A stretch of DNA of 64,000 bases from Eledone cirrhosa (GCA_964016885.1 OZ024741.1:233740001-233804000); one strand, 5' to 3'; shown: positions 45,447-62,210, counted from the stretch's first letter. Notes: generated by a model from the letters alone, not told the origin. Translations and numbers: made by a program.

Positions 45447-48104
45447 CCTCAGGAGAAAAATATGGAAACTAAAGGATCCCACAGCCAGAAATAAATTTCA
45501 AAGCATATTAGTTGATGCTTTCGACAGTAAGGAAGAGCAATTAGAGTCGTACAATGTACAGAAACAGTGGGAATTCCTGAAAGCAAACCTGCTGATGGCG
45601 GCAGATAAAGTCTGTGGCTGGAGCAGGCCTGTAGGCAGGAGGAGAGTAACATGGTGGTGGAACAGTAAGGTGGAGGGGTCAATCAAGGCCAAAAAGCAGG
45701 CTTGGAAAGCATGGCGGGATGGGGGAAGTAGAGAAGACTATCAAGTGGCCAGGAGGGAAGCTAGGAGACAAGTGTACTTCGCAAGAAGGGAAGCAGAGGA
45801 AAGAAAGTTCAAGCATGTTCTACAACGCGAGGACCAAAAACGTGAGGTGTTCAGGATTGCTAGACAATGTGTCAAGGAAAACCATGATATTGTCGGGGAG
45901 AAGTGTGTACTTAACGATGATGGCGTACTTGCCATCACTGATGCTGATAAGAAGGTAGCTTGGAAGTGTCACTACGAAAGGCTACTAAATGAGGAGAATA
46001 AATGGGAGATAGACAATCTCCCCCACATCGACCCAATAGAGGGACCAGCAGTGTTAGTCGAAGGTAGTATAATAAGTAAGGCAATCAAGGATATGAAGAC
46101 GGGTAAGGCGGCTGGGCTTTCGGAAATAGTTGCTGAGATGCTGAAAGCCTCTGGAACGGTGGGACACACCATGGTCACCCGGATAGTAAACAAAGTCATA
46201 CAGAATGGGGTTGTTCCGAAGGACTGGCGTAGCAGCATCATCGTTAACTGTTACAAGGGTAAAGGAGACGCCCTAGATAGGAGTAACTATAGAGGCATTA
46301 AATTAATCGACCAGGTCATGAAGGTCACGGAAAAAGTAATAACGCAACTAATCAGAGAGAGAATTGATCTAGATGAAATGCAGTTCGGGTTTGTGTCAGG
46401 TAAAAGTATCACAGACGCTCTTTTCATTGTACGACAACTACAGGAGAAGTACCTAGCAAAAAGTAAACCCCTATACTTAGCTTTTGTCGACCTGGAGAAA
46501 GCCTTCGACAGAGTCCCTCGTTCCATTATCTGGTGGGCTCTTAGAAAACTAGATGTTGACGAATGGCTTGTGAGAGCTATACAAGCCATGTATAAAGAAA
46601 CAGTCAGCAAGGTTAGAATTAACAACGAATATAGCAAAGAGTTTAGCGTAAAAGTTAGTGTCCATCAGGGCTCTGTTCTTAGCCCCCTACTATTTATTAT
46701 TGCCCTTCAAGCTATAACAGAGGAGTTCAAGACCGGCTGCCCATGGGAACTCCTATACGCAGATGATCTAACGCTCATAGCTGAATCAATGGCCGAGCTA
46801 CAGAAGAAATTCCAAACATGGAAGCACGGCCTAGAATCAAAAGGCCTTAAAATTAACCTGGCTAAGACTAAAGTTCTAGTTTGTAGGAAAGAAAATTAGG
46901 CGCCGGTCCCTTCCGGGAAATGGCCATGCTCAGTGTGTAGGAAAGGCGTAGGTAGTAACTCCATTTTATGTCCCAAATGCAAAGTATGGGTGCATAAAAG
47001 ATGTAGTGGGATCACAGGTAAGCTAACTAAGAACATAGATTTTACATGTGGCCGGTGCTCTGGTGAAATAAGTAGCAGCAAGTGCCCACAAAATACTAGC
47101 TCTTTCAATTGCTCAGCGGGTTCTATAGAAATAGTGGACAGCTTCCGTTACCTGGGTGACAAAATCAGCAGTGGGGGAGGGTGCTCTGAAAGTACAGTAG
47201 CTAGAGTCAGAACTGGATGGAAAAAGTTAAGAGAGCTTATACCACTATTAGCCGCTAAAGGGTTCTCCCTAAAAATGAAAGGCAGGTTGTATGATGCCTG
47301 CATACGAACAGCAATGTTGCATGGCAGTGAGACCTGGGCATTGTGTGCAGAGGATATACGCAGACTAGAGAGGAACGAAGCTTGCATGCTCCGCTGGATG
47401 TGTAATAGTAATATACGTGAACGGCAAAGCATAAACGAACTAAGGAAAAAATTAGAAATAAGAGGGATCAGATGTTGTTTACTCGAGAGAAGACTACGTT
47501 GGTATGGTCACGTGATGCGCATGAAAGACGACAGCTGTATAAAAAAGTGCAGGGCAATAAAGATAGACGGTAGCCACGGAGTAGGCAGACCCAGAAAAAC
47601 CTGGGACGAGCTGATAAATTCCGACCTCACACACTTACATCTCTCCAAGACAATGTCACTGGACCGAGACCTTTGGCGGTACTCAGTAATAGAGAAGACC
47701 CGCCTTACCTAAATACAAAGTAAAACCTACTACAGTCAGTAGGCATCTCTAACAAATACACCCCCGTCCCACCACCCCCACCCCATCCACACCGCCCCTT
47801 TCAATGTAAAGTTATGTTGGTGCCACAACATCCAGGCCGAAACAAATGAGATCGTGTAGGTGTCATGACAAAAAAACACACAGTCCACGCTGTAATGTGG
47901 CCGTGTAGGCAACACAGTAAAAACCTCCCAGCCCCATACTGTAAATGTGGTTGGTGTTAGGAAGGGCATCCAGCTGTAGAAAACCCGCCAGACAGTCCTA
48001 TGCGAGCAATGACAACCACTCTTGCCTAAAGTGGGAAAACTCCCGTCCAAACCCATGCAAGCATGGAACATGGACGTTAAACGATGATGATGATGATGAT
48101 GATG
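45447..48104 (+). mobile_element. RTE LINE, 5'-truncated, one internal stop, (GAT)n tail
   Basis: ORFs 45439-46899 and 46933-47712. Confidence 0.96.
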
Positions 48105-48371
48105 TGGCCACTTGAAAGCATTATGTACTAAACTGTACTAATGTTGGTAAGTATGTGTTCTAGAATACCATCTTGAGACATTAAAAAAAAATCAACAACT
48201 GCAGGGAATAATATTGGCTGCCTTGCTATTTCACATAGAAGACATACAAATTAAGCAGACACACACAAAAAAAACTGAAAAAAAAAACTCTTACAAAGAA
48301 AGAAGTCTGTCCAATTGAATAAAGAAGACAAAAATGAATGCAGAAATTGCTTTTTCCATTATATTAGACAA

Positions 48372-50639
<2,268 letters not shown>

Positions 50640-50831
50640 CTGTTAAAGAGGTTGGTCATAGATGGCAGTTTGACTTGCAGCTGTGTATGGTGTTTGCACT
50701 GGATACATATCTTCACACACTCACACTCTTCCATGTTCTCTCAACCTTCAGCTTTTATTTGTTTGTGTTTGTGTGTATAATATATACATATATATATATT
50801 CTCTCTCTCTATATATATATTAAAATATATA

Positions 50832-51661
50832 TATAAAAATGAAAGGCAGGTTGTATGATGCCTGCATACGGACAGCAATGTTGCATGGCAGTGAGACTTG
50901 GGCATTGTGTGCAGAGGATATACGCAGACTAGAGAGGAACGAAGCTTGCATGCTCCGCTGGATGTGTAATAGTAATATACGTGAACGGCAAAGCATAAAC
51001 GGACTAAGGAAAAAATTAGAAATAAGAGGGATCAGATGTTTTTTACTCGAGAGAAGGCTACGTTGGTATGGACACGTGATGCGCATGAAAGTCGATAGCT
51101 GTATAACAAAGTGCAGGGCAATAAAGATAGACGGTAGCCACGGAATAGGCAGACCTAGAAAAACCTGGGACGAGCTGATAAACTCCGACCTCACACACTT
51201 ACACCTCTCCAAGACAATGTCACTGGACCGAGACCTTTGGCGGTACTCAGTAATAGAGAAGACCCACCTTACCTAAATACATAGTAAAACCTACTACAGT
51301 CAGTAGGCATCTCTAACAAAATACACCCCCGTCCCACCACCCCCACCGCCCCCTTCTATGTAAAGTTATGTTGGTGCCACACCATCCAGACCGAAACAAA
51401 TGAGATCGTGTAGGTGTCACGACAAAAAAACACACAGTCCACACTGTAATGTGGCCGTGTAGGCAACACGGTAAAAACCTCCCAGACCCACACTGTAAAT
51501 GTGGTTGGTGTTAGGAAGGGTATCCAACTGTAGAAAACCTGCCAGACAGTTCTATGCGAGCAAGACAATCACTCTTGCCTCAAGTGGGACTACCCCCGTC
51601 CAAACCCATGCAAGCGTGGAACACGGACGTTAAACGTTGATGATGATGATGATGATGATGA
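50832..51661 (+). mobile_element. RTE LINE 3' fragment with (GAT)n tail
   Basis: ORF 50839-51276; UTR matches 47712-48104. Confidence 0.95.
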
Positions 51662-51902
51662 TATATATGATTATAGGTGTGTGAGGAGTTTGACTGTCTA
51701 TAAACATGTTTCTTTATCTAAATATAAATTAGTGACGTTTAAAATGTGCACATATATGTTTCCACATTCGTTGCACTTTAAATAGTTTACTCAAAAGATA
51801 AACTTCCTTCAAATATAATGGCAGATATGAAAGACAGGGTTGTCAGAGTAACACTGGTATATCACATACACATATATATCATGTAGGTTTGGACAGAAAT
51901 AT

Positions 51903-52087
51903 TTGTTTCTACTTTAGGCACAAGGCCAGCAATTACCCAGTGCATTACTGGTACTTTATTTTATCGACCCCGGAAGGATGAAAGGCAAAGTCAACCTCGG
52001 CGGGATTTGAACTCAGATCGTAAAGGGACGTAACTATGCTGGAAAGCATGGCGTCCGACCCTCTACCGATACTGCCAATCCACCGCC
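51903..52087 (-). mobile_element. Full-length tRNA-derived SINE
   Basis: Reverse complement of the 21248 copy; TSD ttggacagaaatatt at ~51889 and ~52088. Confidence 0.92.
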
Positions 52088-52828
52088 TTGGACAGAAATA
52101 TTGCTCCAGTTTAACACTCACTATTTGATAACCATAAAATGAGTCAGTCAAACTTCAGACAGAAGCTTTCTTAGCAAAATCAAATAATAATTATAACAAT
52201 AATAATAATAGTAATAATAATGGTTATTGTGCTAATAACAACAATAACAATGATTGCGATGATTTCACTAAGAAATACACAAGTTCATCTGAAGAGTGTC
52301 TATTACTTTTCATAAGAAATCTCACAAGTAGTAGGACTACTTCGGTAGTTGCAGAAGGGACTGTGGCGGCCAGTTCTGATTGATTTTTTAATATTAGTGC
52401 AGACAGTTGACAGCCGGACTGATGAAATGACCAGACGTACATCACTTGATTATTCGGTGACCATCACATATGAGTGACAACATGGTTCTTGTTCTTAGGT
52501 CTCTTCTGTTTTAGCAAGACGAAGAAGCCCCGATGGGCTGGAGGCACAGTTCTAACACTGGAATAAAATAAAAATAAAAAAGGGTAAAAGTAATGGTTTA
52601 TGTAAAAGAGAATCCTGGGTTTTATTTCAGAACATAAGACAATAAGATTACGTCTTTATCTAGATAATCTTCAATCAACTCAATATAACACTTAAACCTC
52701 TCTCAAATAATCTACTGCCTTTAACCATTTCAATAGCACCCCAACCCACTCTATTTAAATTCACCACTGCTTAACCCATGTTATCAAACATCATTGAAAC
52801 CAACTACATGCAAGTGTTCCTTTTTCAA

Positions 52829-53041
52829 TTAATCCTTTCACAACCAGCCAGAATTCTCTCACCTCTTTCTGTTCAAACTTATGTTCAAACAGCTGCTCAT
52901 ATTTATGTTAAGGAATTGTTCTCAAAATAAATATCAAAATCTTGTTAGATTCAATATTATGTGAAATAATTGTGTGTGGTAAAGCCTTTACCATGAAAAT
53001 ACAATAGTAAATATAGAGTAATGTAAATGCTAAAGAGTTAA
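52829..53041 (-). mobile_element. Degenerate TTAA MITE (family of 54749-54954)
   Basis: ccagccagaa..cacctctttctgt and gtaaatgctaaagagttaa match the other copy in reverse orientation. Confidence 0.6.
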
Positions 53042-53094
53042 AACATTGATAAAATCTCATTAATAAGCTGTATATACTCATGTATATGAAAGCA

Positions 53095-53430
53095 AATGGC
53101 TTAGTGGTTAGAGCTTTGGACTTGCAATTGAGAGGTTGTAAGTTTGATTCTCAGACTGGGCTTTGCGTTGAGTTCTTGAGCAAGACACTTTATTTCAAAT
53201 TGCTCCAGTTCACTCAGCTGTAGGAATGAGTTTTGACGTCACTGGTGCCAAGCTGCACCAGCCATTGCCTTTCCATTGGACAACATCGGTGGAGTGGAGA
53301 GGAGTGACTGGTATGCATGGGTGACTGCTGGTTTTCCACAAACAACCTTGCTCAGACTTGAGCCTCAGAGGGGAACTTTCTAGGTGCAAATTCCATGGTC
53401 ATTCATGACTGAAGGGGGTCTTTAACCTTT
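53095..53430 (+). mobile_element. CORE-type tRNA SINE
   Basis: tggcttagtggttaga A-box, degenerate B-box, CORE-like ttcttgagcaagacacttt. Confidence 0.8.
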
Positions 53431-53611
53431 CACTTATGTATACTCTGACTATTTTTTCTTCTACGAAAATATGACATAAAAACCAACATGTGGTGTTCTT
53501 TAAACCTTGATTCAAATCAAGTACTGAGCCAAGAATGTTGTATCTAAAATGGAGGTGTGCCTTTACTAGTGCAAAACGTATACATAAGTATATACAGTAC
53601 TATATTAACTA

Positions 53612-53770
53612 TGGGTGGAAAATTGGCTGTACCATTGGAGCGTTGGATAGAATGTTTGAGGTATTTATTCCAGCTCTCTGCGTTCTAAGTTTAAATCCTA
53701 CTGATGTCAACATTGCCTTTTGTACTTTCAAGGTCGATAAATAAAGTATAAATCCAGTACTGGGGTTGAT
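53612..53770 (+). mobile_element. Old degenerate copy of the tRNA SINE family
   Basis: cgttctaagtttaaatcc..gtcaacattgcctttt..aggtcgataaataaagta. Confidence 0.65.
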
Positions 53771-54748
53771 TATTCCTCTGTATCTCTTTCACATTTCCTC
53801 TATCATTCTGTGTCTCTCTTTCTCTGCAAGAAATCGACTGTGCCCAGATTTGGAGGGACAGGAGAAGGCTCCACCAAATTTAAATTGCCCTAACACCCTT
53901 ACAACTCCACCAAGAGTTACAGGTCCACATATACACACTATTAATTAACTAGAGTAGTTCTGAGGCAAGAAATCTATCCTAATTTTATGTTAAGACTCTT
54001 TGGTTACTTCTGTATTTCAAAAACATTCTGGTAAGTTTCATATTCCAAAGTCGACACACCAATAAATAAAACCAGTTATTTATTAGACAAGTTAGTTCAT
54101 GGGTCAATATAGTAACTTGTCTAGCAAGAAATAGTGAGTGATTTTGAAATTACATCATACTGTTTTTAAAGACCATGGGATCACCATAGTTGAAATGTTT
54201 TTGATCATAAATCTGCTCACTCAGGCTGTCATAGAGCTAAACTATAAAAATAACAATAGTTATTTTACTAAATCCCCTCCAAATTTTCAATCATTTTGAA
54301 AATTAATTGAAGCACAGCAGTGTGTCCTTGTTTGGAATATTATCACATCAAAGAAAAATGTGAACCACATGTTTTAGTCCATACTAAGAACAGGAACTTG
54401 TCAAATGTTTTGTTCAACCACCTGTTCCAATAGAATGATCCCCACAATGACATGAGGGAATATCCTTCCTACTTCTAAACATTCATCTGTCAGGAAAGAA
54501 TGGTACCTGCTGGACACCAGGTTGCATGAGCTAATCTTACCTAAGAACAGATCTTACCTAAGAACAGATCACAACAACAAAATATATGGCATATACATGG
54601 AGATGGAAAGAAAAAAGACAAATTAATGAAAAGTGATAAATATAGATTTGAGTATATAAGAAGTATTTCTAAGGAGTTACACTATTCTTATCGTCATATT
54701 ACATATTGATATGTGTTGGACAGATCTCACAGCATCTCACCACTTTAA

Positions 54749-54954
54749 CCCTTTAGCATTTACATTATTCTATATTTACTATTGTATTTTCATGGTAAAC
54801 AGTTTATCTTACATAATTATCTCACATAATATCGAATCTATGAGATTTTTATGTTATTTATTTCGAGAACGATACCTATGGTATGAGTGGCCAGTTACAA
54901 CAGAAAGAAGTGAAACAGTTCTGGCTGGATATGGCCGGTTTAAATGCTAAAGGG
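54749..54954. mobile_element. piggyBac-type MITE
   Basis: TTAA TSDs (54745-54748, 54955-54958) and 14-bp TIRs CCCTTTAGCATTTA / TAAATGCTAAAGGG. Confidence 0.85.
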
Positions 54955-54972
54955 TTAAATGTATACAGGAAA

Positions 54973-55080
54973 CTGACTGGCCAGTCTGCTGATATGCAAA
55001 TCTGGCTGATTAGCGGATCTGCTAATATGCAGATCTGACTGATCAGCCAGTCTGCTAATATGCAAATCAGGCCGATCAGT
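54973..55080. repeat. 33-bp tandem repeat, ~3.3 copies
   Basis: ctgatcagccagtctgctaatatgcaaatctgg-like units; minus-strand frame DRPDLHISRLA/DQSDLHISRSA/NQPDLHISRLA. Confidence 0.85.
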
Positions 55081-55377
55081 CACTGTGTATTTTTGAAAAT
55101 AGCATATATTTTCACTACCTCTGACAGTTTGGCAGGTGAACAGTGAGCTGTACTGATGAAGAGTGATACCCAGAAACATTAGTGTCTGCAGTTCTGTTCG
55201 TGTGCCAACATAAGAGCAAGAATGAAGTGTTCATTCTACTGACATGGCTAAAAAATTGAGGCTTGTTTGCATAATTGCAAACGAATCGAATGTTATTAAT
55301 ATTCAAAAAACTCAGATTACATTTATTGTATTCAACCATGTAGAGCAAAATTTTCTCTTTTTATATATATGTACATT

Positions 55378-55408
<31 letters not shown>

Positions 55409-55629
55409 TGTTTCTGCAGTCTCCTCAATTAAGCAGTGTTTTTATAATCTTATTTACCACTCTAAAATTCAAATTCTCCGTTTTTCCTCTCTCATTTTAA
55501 ATTATTGTTATCTTTCCTAAAAACTAAACTTCTCCTAAAGTCACCCATCTCCTGCCCTCCCACCCCCACACACCACCATTGCTATATGGTCCAATCATAA
55601 CTCAGCGACTTTAGTAAGTTCTCTAACAA

Positions 55630-57845
55630 ATCAGTATAGCAAAGCTACCACCCCGGTTACTACTCCATTTGTTTAGACCTGTTTGATGGGTTGACTGCGG
55701 AAATTTGAAAAGTCTAAGAACTCAATGACAATGTCACAGATAAAGATAAATTAACCTCCTGCTGCAAGATGAGAATACAAGGACCCCTCTTTATTTCAGA
55801 CTCAGATGACCAACAAAATCCCCCCCCCCCCCAACCCATCCATCCCACCCTCCCAACTTCAGAGTTGGTACCATGAACGTAGGCACATTGAAAGGTCGCT
55901 CAAATGAGGTTGTAGAGATGCTTGAACGTAAAGAAGTTGATGTTTGTTGTATTCAAGAGACTAGGTGGAGAGGTGGGTTCTGCCATATTCCTCGTAGGTA
56001 AAAAACAATGCTATAAACTTTTCTGGGTGGGAAATGACAATGGACAGGGTGGTGTAGGATTATGCTAGCTGAAAAGTGGGTAGATAAGGTAATTGACGTA
56101 AATAGAGTGAATGACAGAATAATTGAATTAAGACTAGTTCTAAATAGAACTACTGTGACAATAATATCTGCTTATGCACCCCAATCTGGTCTACCTGATG
56201 TTATAAAGGACAGGTTCTATGAGATGCTAATGCACACTACCTCCCAAATAACCGACAGTGACTACTTAATTATTGCTGGCGATCTAAACGGTCACGTTGG
56301 ACAACATAGTGATGGCTATGATGGAATCCATGGAGGCTATGGGGTTGGAAATAGAAATGAGGGGGCTTCAGAATCCTGATCACCTATAGATCAGGGGAAC
56401 ACGCCAGGCAGATAGATTATATCCTTACCAGAAGACGTGATAGAGTGTCTGTTGTAAACACTAAATCCCTCCCCCGTGAAGAATGCACCTCCCAACATAG
56501 CCTAGTAGTTAGTGACCTCATAGTCAGGAATAGACGTACTCGACGACAGAGGAGGCCTACCTTGAGGAGAAGAATATGGAAGTTGAAGGACCCCATAGCC
56601 AGTGACAAATTTAAAAGCTTATTACTTGATGCCTTTGACAATAAGGAAGAGCAATTAGAGACGTGCAATATAGAGGAACAGTGGCAATTCTTGAAAGTGA
56701 ACCTGCTGAAAGCAACGGATGAAATCTGTGGCTGGAGCAGACCTATTGGCAGGAGGAGAGAAACTTGGTGGTGGAACAGTAAGGTAGAAGAGACAATCAA
56801 GGCCAAAAAGCATGCTTGGAAAGTATGGCAGGATGGAGGAAGTAGAGAGCACTATCAAGTGGCCAGGAGAGAAGCTAGGAGACAAGTGTACCTTGCAAAA
56901 AGGGTAGCAGAGGATAGAAAGTTCAAGCATGTTCTGCAACGTGAGGACCAAAAACGTGAGGTGTTCAGGATTGCTAGACAATGTGTCAAGGAAAACCGTG
57001 ATATTGTCGGGGAGAAGTGGGTCCGTAATGATAATGGTGTACTTGCACTCACTGATACTGATAAGAAGATAGCCTGGAAGTGTCACTACGAGAGACTATT
57101 AAATGAGGAGAATAAATGGGAAAGAGATAGTCTGCCCCAAATAGATCTATTAGAAGGACCAGCGGTGCAAGTTAAAGGTAGTATAATAAGTAAGGCAATC
57201 AAAGATATGAAGACACGCAAGGCAGCTGGGTCTTCGGAGATAGTTGCTGAGATGTTGAAGGCATCTGGTATGGTGGGACACACTATGGTCACCCGTATAG
57301 TTAACCAAGTAATACAGAATGGGGTGATACCAAAAGGCTGGCGTAGCAGCATCATCATTAACTGCTACAAGAGTAAAGGGGATGCTCTAGAGAGGGGAAA
57401 CTATAGAGGTATTAAGTTAGTTGACCAGGTCATGAAGGTCATAGAAAGAGTTATAGCGCAACTAATCAGAGAGCGAATTGATCTAGATGAAATGCAGTTT
57501 GGGTTTGTGTCAGGTAAAAGTACCACAGACGCTCTTTTCCTTGTACTACAACTACAGGAGAAGTACCTAGCTAAAAGTAAACCCCTATATTTAGCTTTTG
57601 TAGACCTGGAGAAAGCCTTTGACAGAGTCCCCACTCCATTATCTGGTGGGCTCTTAGAAAACTAGGTGTTGATGAATGGCTTGTGAGAGCTATACAAGCT
57701 ATGTATAAAGAAACAGCCAGAAAGGTTAGAATTAACAATGAATATTGTGAAGAATTTAGTGTAAAAGTTGGCGTTCATCAAGGCTCTGTCCTTAGCCCCC
57801 TCTTATTTATTACTGCCCTTCAGGCTATAACAGAGGAGTTCAAGT
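55630..57845 (+). mobile_element. RTE LINE with 5' end, 3'-truncated, decayed
   Basis: RVGTMNVGTL..CIQETRW APE start at ~55860; ORFs 56062, 56445 and 57683; internal deletion at ~56378. Confidence 0.93.
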
Positions 57846-58029
57846 ATATATATAAAACTGTAGTTGTCTGTGTGTGTGTCCTCGTTTTTGCAAAGTCTAT
57901 ACAAATCCACATTTCTACTCCGATTGACTTCAAACTTGTATTTATATATTCCTTGCGGTCTAAAGATATTAACTGCAGCTTTTATTTTTCAATTTTCTCT
58001 TGTTAAAGGGGTGTTAGGCATTGGTTATC

Positions 58030-58250
58030 GATCTCCGTCACGCCCTGACAAACCTTGATGACGTATTATATTCTCTATTTTCCGTTCATTGCCAGGGAAG
58101 TCTTCACGAACCAAAGTATCGTCTTCCTCTTTTCCTTCGGTTGCAACATTTTTCGAAATATTTACTTCTGCGTTCACAAATTGTTTTTTTTTGTTTCAGA
58201 AGATCTCGTTAAGGATGAAAGCAGCGATTCTTTGCTTAAACTTTAATCTT
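58030..58250 (+). mobile_element. Penelope pLTR/3' UTR fragment
   Basis: Matches the reverse complement of 6685-6880 (cacgaaccaaagtatcgtcttcct; tttcagaagatc.cgttaag..tgaaagcagcgattctttgcttaaactttaatc). Confidence 0.8.
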
Positions 58251-58261
58251 TTATTTTAATA

Positions 58262-61200
58262 TATAATATAAGCAAAGCAAGCCAGCCCAGTTGCCACTTC
58301 TTGCCAATAAACATTGACCCTTTGTGCGCCATTCATCTAGCTGTAGACCAACAAATACCAACTAAACGGAGTGTTGACAAGAACGATGGCAAATGAATCT
58401 TCGAGGTAAGCAGTTTCCTCCCTAGCTGGTACATCATGCGGGATTCTCTGCTACACCTTTTCGTAATAATACCGAACAACGTACTGTTAGTCACTCCTTC
58501 CTCCAAAAGCCATACAAAATGGACATGTGCATCGGGCAGATGGATCGGGTGCAAATCTACACCAGGCCTACGCAAGAAATTTGGAAAGGACTGCACCGAG
58601 AGGGATAGAGAGAAAGAGTAACTTAGTTGAGGTAAGTAGCCTACACCTTACTGCTATTGCACTGGAACCTTCTGCCAACTTAAGCGGATGGCTAACATAG
58701 CCCCATCCCCCTCACCCCTCCCTGCGCCCCATCCTTCCCACCCACCAAACGCAATCCAAAACTCCAGAGTTCGTACCATGAATGTAGGCACCTTAAAAGG
58801 TCATTCTAATGAAGTTGTAGAGATGCTTGAACGTAAGGAGGTTTATGTTTGCTGTATTCAAGAGACCAGGTGGAGGGGTGGGTCTGCTAGATTTATTGTG
58901 GGTAAAAAAACGATGCTATAAGCTTTTCTGGGTGGGAAATGACAATGGGCTGGGTGGAGTAGGAATCATGCTAGCAGAAAAATGGGTAGATAAGATAATA
59001 GACGTAAATAGAGTGAACGACAGAATAATGAAAATAAGACTTGTCCTCGATAGAACTACTGTGACAATAATATCTGCGTATGCACCCCAATCTGGACTGC
59101 CCGGCGTTATAAAAGACAGATTCTATGAGACATTGATGCTCGCTACCTCCCAAATAACCGACAGTGACTACATAATTATTGTTGGTGACCTAAATGGTGA
59201 CGTTGGACAACATTGCGATGGCTATGACGGAATCCATGGAGGCTATGGGTTTGGTACTAGAAATGAGGAAGGCTCCAGAATCCTGGAATTCTGTGACGCA
59301 AATAACCTAACTATCTGTAACATTAACTTCAAAAAACGAGACAATCACTTGATCACCTATAGATCAGGGGAACACGCCAGTCAGATAGATTATATCCTTA
59401 CCAGAAGACGTGATAGAGTGTCTGTTGTAAACACTAAATCCCTCCCCCATGAAGAATGCACCTCCCAACATAGACTCATAGTCAGCGACCTCATAGTCAG
59501 GACAAGACATACTTGACAACAGAGGAGGACTATCCTCAGGAGAAAAATATGGAAGCTAAAGGACCCCACAACCAGTAGTAAATTTAAAAGCATATTACTT
59601 GATGCTTTTGACAGTAAGGAAGAGCATTTAGAGTCATACATTATAGAGAAACAGTGGGAATTCCTGAAAGCTAACCTGCTGAAGGCGGCAGATGAAGTCT
59701 GTGGCTGGAGCAGACCTATAGGCAGGGGGAGAGTAACGTGGTGGTGGAACACGAAGGTGGAGGAGTCAATCAAGGCCAAAAAGCAGGCTTGGAAAGTATG
59801 ACGGGATGAGGGAAGTAGAGAAGACTATCAAGTGGCCAGGAGGGAAGCTAGGAGACAAGTGTACTTCGCAAGAAGGGAAGCAGAGGAAAGAAAGTTCAAG
59901 CATGTTCTACAACGCGAGAACCAAAAACGTGAGGTGTTCAGGATTGCTAGGCAATGTGTCAAGGAAAACCGTGATATTGTTGGGGAGAAGTGTGTCCTTA
60001 ATGATGATGGTGTACTTGCCATCACTGATGCTGATAAGAAGATAGCTTGGAAGTGTCACTAAGAAAGGCTACTAAATGAGGAGAATAAATGGGAGAAAGA
60101 CAGTCTCCACCACATCGATCCAATAGAGGGACCAGCAGTGCTAGTTGAAGGTAGTATAATAAGTAAGGCAATCAAAGATATGAAGACGGGTAAGGCGGCT
60201 GGGCCTTCGGAAATAGTTGCTGAAATGCTGAAAGCATCTGGAACGGTGAGACACACCATGGTCAACCGGATAGTAAACCAAGTCATACAGAATGGGGTCG
60301 TTCCGAAGGACTGGCGTAGCAGCATCATCATTAACTGCTACAAGGGTAAAGGAGATGCCCTATGTAGGGGTAACTATAGAGGCATTAAATTAATCGACCA
60401 GGTCATGAAGGTCACAGAAAAAGTGACCGCAACTAATCAGAGAGCGAATTGATCTAGATGAAATGCAGTTCGGGTTTGTGTCAGGTAAAAGTACCACAGA
60501 CGCGCTTTTCATTGTATGACAACTACAGGTGAAGTACCTAGCTAAAAGTAAACCACTATATTTAGCTTTTGTTGACTTGGAGAAAGCCTTTGACAGAGTC
60601 ACCTGCTCCATTATCTGGTGGGCTCTTAGAAAACTAGGTCTTGATGAATGGCTTGTGAGAGCTATACAAGCCATGTATAAAGAAACAGTCAGCAAGGTTA
60701 AAATTAACAACGAATATAGTGAAGAGTTTAGCGTAAAAGTTGGTGTTCATCAGGGCTCCGTTCTTAGCCCCCTACTATTTATTATTGTCCTTCAGGCTAT
60801 AACAGAGGAGTTCAAGACCGGCTGCCCATGGGAACTCCTATACGCAGATGATTTAACGCTCATAGCTGAATCAATGACTGAACTAGAGAAGAAATTCCAA
60901 ACATGGAAGCATGGCCTAGAATCAAAAAGCCTTAAAATTAACCTGTCTAAGACTAAAGTTCTAGTTTGTAGAAAGGAAAATAGGGCACAGGTGCCCTCAG
61001 GGAAATGGCCATGCTCAGTGTGTAGGAAAGGAGTAGGCAGAAACTCCATTTTATGTCCCAAATGCAAAGTATGGGTGCATAAAAGATGTAGTGGGATCAC
61101 AGGTAAGCTAACTAAGAATATAGATTTTATATGTGGCCGGTGCTCTGGTGTAATAAGTAGCAGCAAGTGCCCACAGAATACTAGCTCATTCCATTGCACA

Positions 61201-62210
61201 GATGGTTCTATAGAAATAGTGGACAGCTTCCGTTACCTGGGTGACAAAATCAGCAGTGGTGGAGGGTGCTCTGAAAGTACAGTAGCTAGAGTCAGAACAG
61301 GATGGAAACGGTTCAGAGAGCTTATACCACTATTGGCCGCTAAAGGGTTCTCTCTAAAAATGAAAGGTAGACTGTATGATGCCTGCATACGAACAGCAAT
61401 GTTACATGGCAGTGAGACTTGGGCATTGTGTCCAGAGGATATACGCAGACTGGAGAGGAACGAAGCTTGCATGCTCCGCTGGGTGTGTAATAGTAATATA
61501 CGTGAATGGCAAAGCATAAACGAACTAAGGGAGAAATTAGGAATAAGAGGGATCAGATGTGGTTTACTCGAGAGAAGACTACGTTGATACGGTCACGTGA
61601 TGCGCATGAAAGACGACAGCTGTATAAAAAAGTGCAGGGCGATAAAAATAGACGGTAGCCACGGAGTAGGTAGACCCAGAAAAACCTGGGACGACTTGAT
61701 CAATTTCGACTTCACACACTTACACCTCTCCAAGACAATGTCACTGAACCGAGATCTTTGGCGCTACACAGTAATACAGAAGACCCGCCTTGCCTAAGTA
61801 CAAAGCGAAACCTAGTCAATAGGCACCTCTAACAAAAACACACCCCCGTCCCACTACCCCCACCCCATCCACATCACCCCTTCAATGTAAAGTTATGTTG
61901 GTACCACAACATCCAGTCCGAAACAAATGAGGTCGTGTAGGTGTCACGACAAAAAAAAACACAGTCCACACTGTAATGTGGCCGTGTAGGTAACACAGAT
62001 AAAAACCTCTGTCCACAGGGTAAAAACCTTTCAGTCCACACTGTAAACGTGGTTGGTGTTAGGAAGGGCATCCAGCCGTAGAAAACCCGCCAGACAGTCC
62101 TATACGAGCAAGACAACCAATCTTGCCTCAAGTGGGAAAATTCCTGTCCAAACCCATGCAAGCGTGGAAGATGGACGTTAAACGACGATGATGATGATGA
62201 TGATGATGAT
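58262..62210 (+). mobile_element. Near full-length RTE LINE (5' UTR, APE, RT, 3' UTR, (GAT)n), inactivated
   Basis: ATG at 58688; ORF pieces 58827, 59832, 60138, 60529 and 61597 separated by stops/frameshifts. Confidence 0.95.
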
